A stretch of 50,094 bases of DNA from Candidatus Bathyarchaeia archaeon (lineage in GTDB: Archaea; Thermoproteota; Bathyarchaeia; Bathyarchaeales; Bathycorpusculaceae). The notes beneath the pieces were generated by a model. That model saw only the letters and a list, made by a program, of their open reading frames with translations. It ran no database searches and was not told where the DNA came from. The position numbers and the translations under genes were made by a program. Below are positions 49,336-50,094 of this stretch, one piece after another. The stretch's first letter is position 1, and each line of letters begins with the position of its first letter. The DNA lies in assembly GCA_050012755.1 (NCBI GenBank), contig JBEKGO010000017.1, positions 1 through 50,094 on the forward strand, given 5' to 3'.

Positions 49336-50094
49336 ATGCAATATAGAACAGTACCAAAAAACGGAGACATGTTGTCTATCCTGGGATTTGGCACGATGCG
49401 ATTACCACTAAAGGGCGAGAACATCGATGAAAAACGCGCCATAAAACAAATCCGCTACGCAATAGACAACGGCGTAAACTACGTTGACTCAGCCCCACCC
49501 TATCATGGCGGCGAAAGCGAGAAAGTGCTTGGAAAAGCGCTATTAGACGGCTACAGAGAAAAAGTGAAGATCGCCACTAAACTCACGTCTTTTCTGCTAG
49601 CCAAAGCCGAAGACATGGATAAAATGCTTAGTCTTCAGCTGAAAAAACTCCAAACAGACCATATAGACTACTACCTTCTACATGGGCTTGAAGAACAATC
49701 TTGGAACAAACTGCTTGGTTTTGGTGTTTTTGAATTTTTAGAAAAAGCGAAAGCTGCTGGAAAAATCGTTAACTTGGGTTTTTCCTTTCATGGTTCACTT
49801 GAAACTTTCAAAGAGATCGTTGACGCCTATGATTGGGCGATGTGCCAAATACTCTATAATTTTTTGGATGAGAAATTGCAGGCTGGAACTAAGGGTCTGA
49901 AGTATGCTGCTTCTAAGAATCTTGCGATTATGATTATGGAGCCGCTAAGAGGGGGAACGTTAGCGGGCAACCTTCCAGATGAAGTAAAGCGGATTTATGA
50001 TAACGCTAAGATTAAAAGGTCTCCGGCTGAGTGGGGTCTTCGGTGGGTTTGGAATCATCCGGAAGTAACTTTGGCGCTTTCTGGAATGAACGAT
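49336..50094 (+). CDS. Aldo/keto reductase (partial, runs off window)
   Basis: Read manually: MQYRTVPKNGDMLSILGFGTMRLP...GVNYVDSAPPYHGGESE...IATK...IDYYLLH...IMEPLRGG. Confidence 0.9.
   Translation, partial: MQYRTVPKNGDMLSILGFGTMRLPLKGENIDEKRAIKQIRYAIDNGVNYVDSAPPYHGGESEKVLGKALLDGYREKVKIATKLTSFLLAKAEDMDKMLSLQLKKLQTDHIDYYLLHGLEEQSWNKLLGFGVFEFLEKAKAAGKIVNLGFSFHGSLETFKEIVDAYDWAMCQILYNFLDEKLQAGTKGLKYAASKNLAIMIMEPLRGGTLAGNLPDEVKRIYDNAKIKRSPAEWGLRWVWNHPEVTLALSGMND

Overview
Archaeal chromosomal window, most likely Bathyarchaeia (inferred from eukaryote-like topoisomerase IB, aRF1, Ftr and expanded secreted PQQ-like beta-propeller paralogs). Housekeeping blocks: P-type ATPase, TopoIB, aRF1, ftr, the aspartate-semialdehyde sulfurtransferase (homocysteine) cluster, thrC-hom-lysC, argG-argH-carA-carB. 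Two accessory zones (about 12.5-24.8 kb and 39.5-49.1 kb) lie between them. The most striking unexplained structure is a dispersed non-coding element present 8 times. Each copy is an array of 5-10 decamers whose motif differs between copies but is in fixed register with a conserved ~63-65-bp core (GCAACCTGCAAAC...AAGCAA...ACACAAA...AAAATTT). Six copies form three tandem pairs, and one sits directly upstream of a tandem-AbrB (MraZ-like) gene. Also seen: a palindromic operator shared by three secreted-protein genes next to a membrane-protein/wHTH pair (plus a decayed duplicate), a MITE inserted in a tRNA-Leu-like palindrome, argG apparently starting at ATA overlapped by a 5-codon uORF, and a LysW-like gene with a C-terminal extension. 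All calls come from manual reading; no searches were run.
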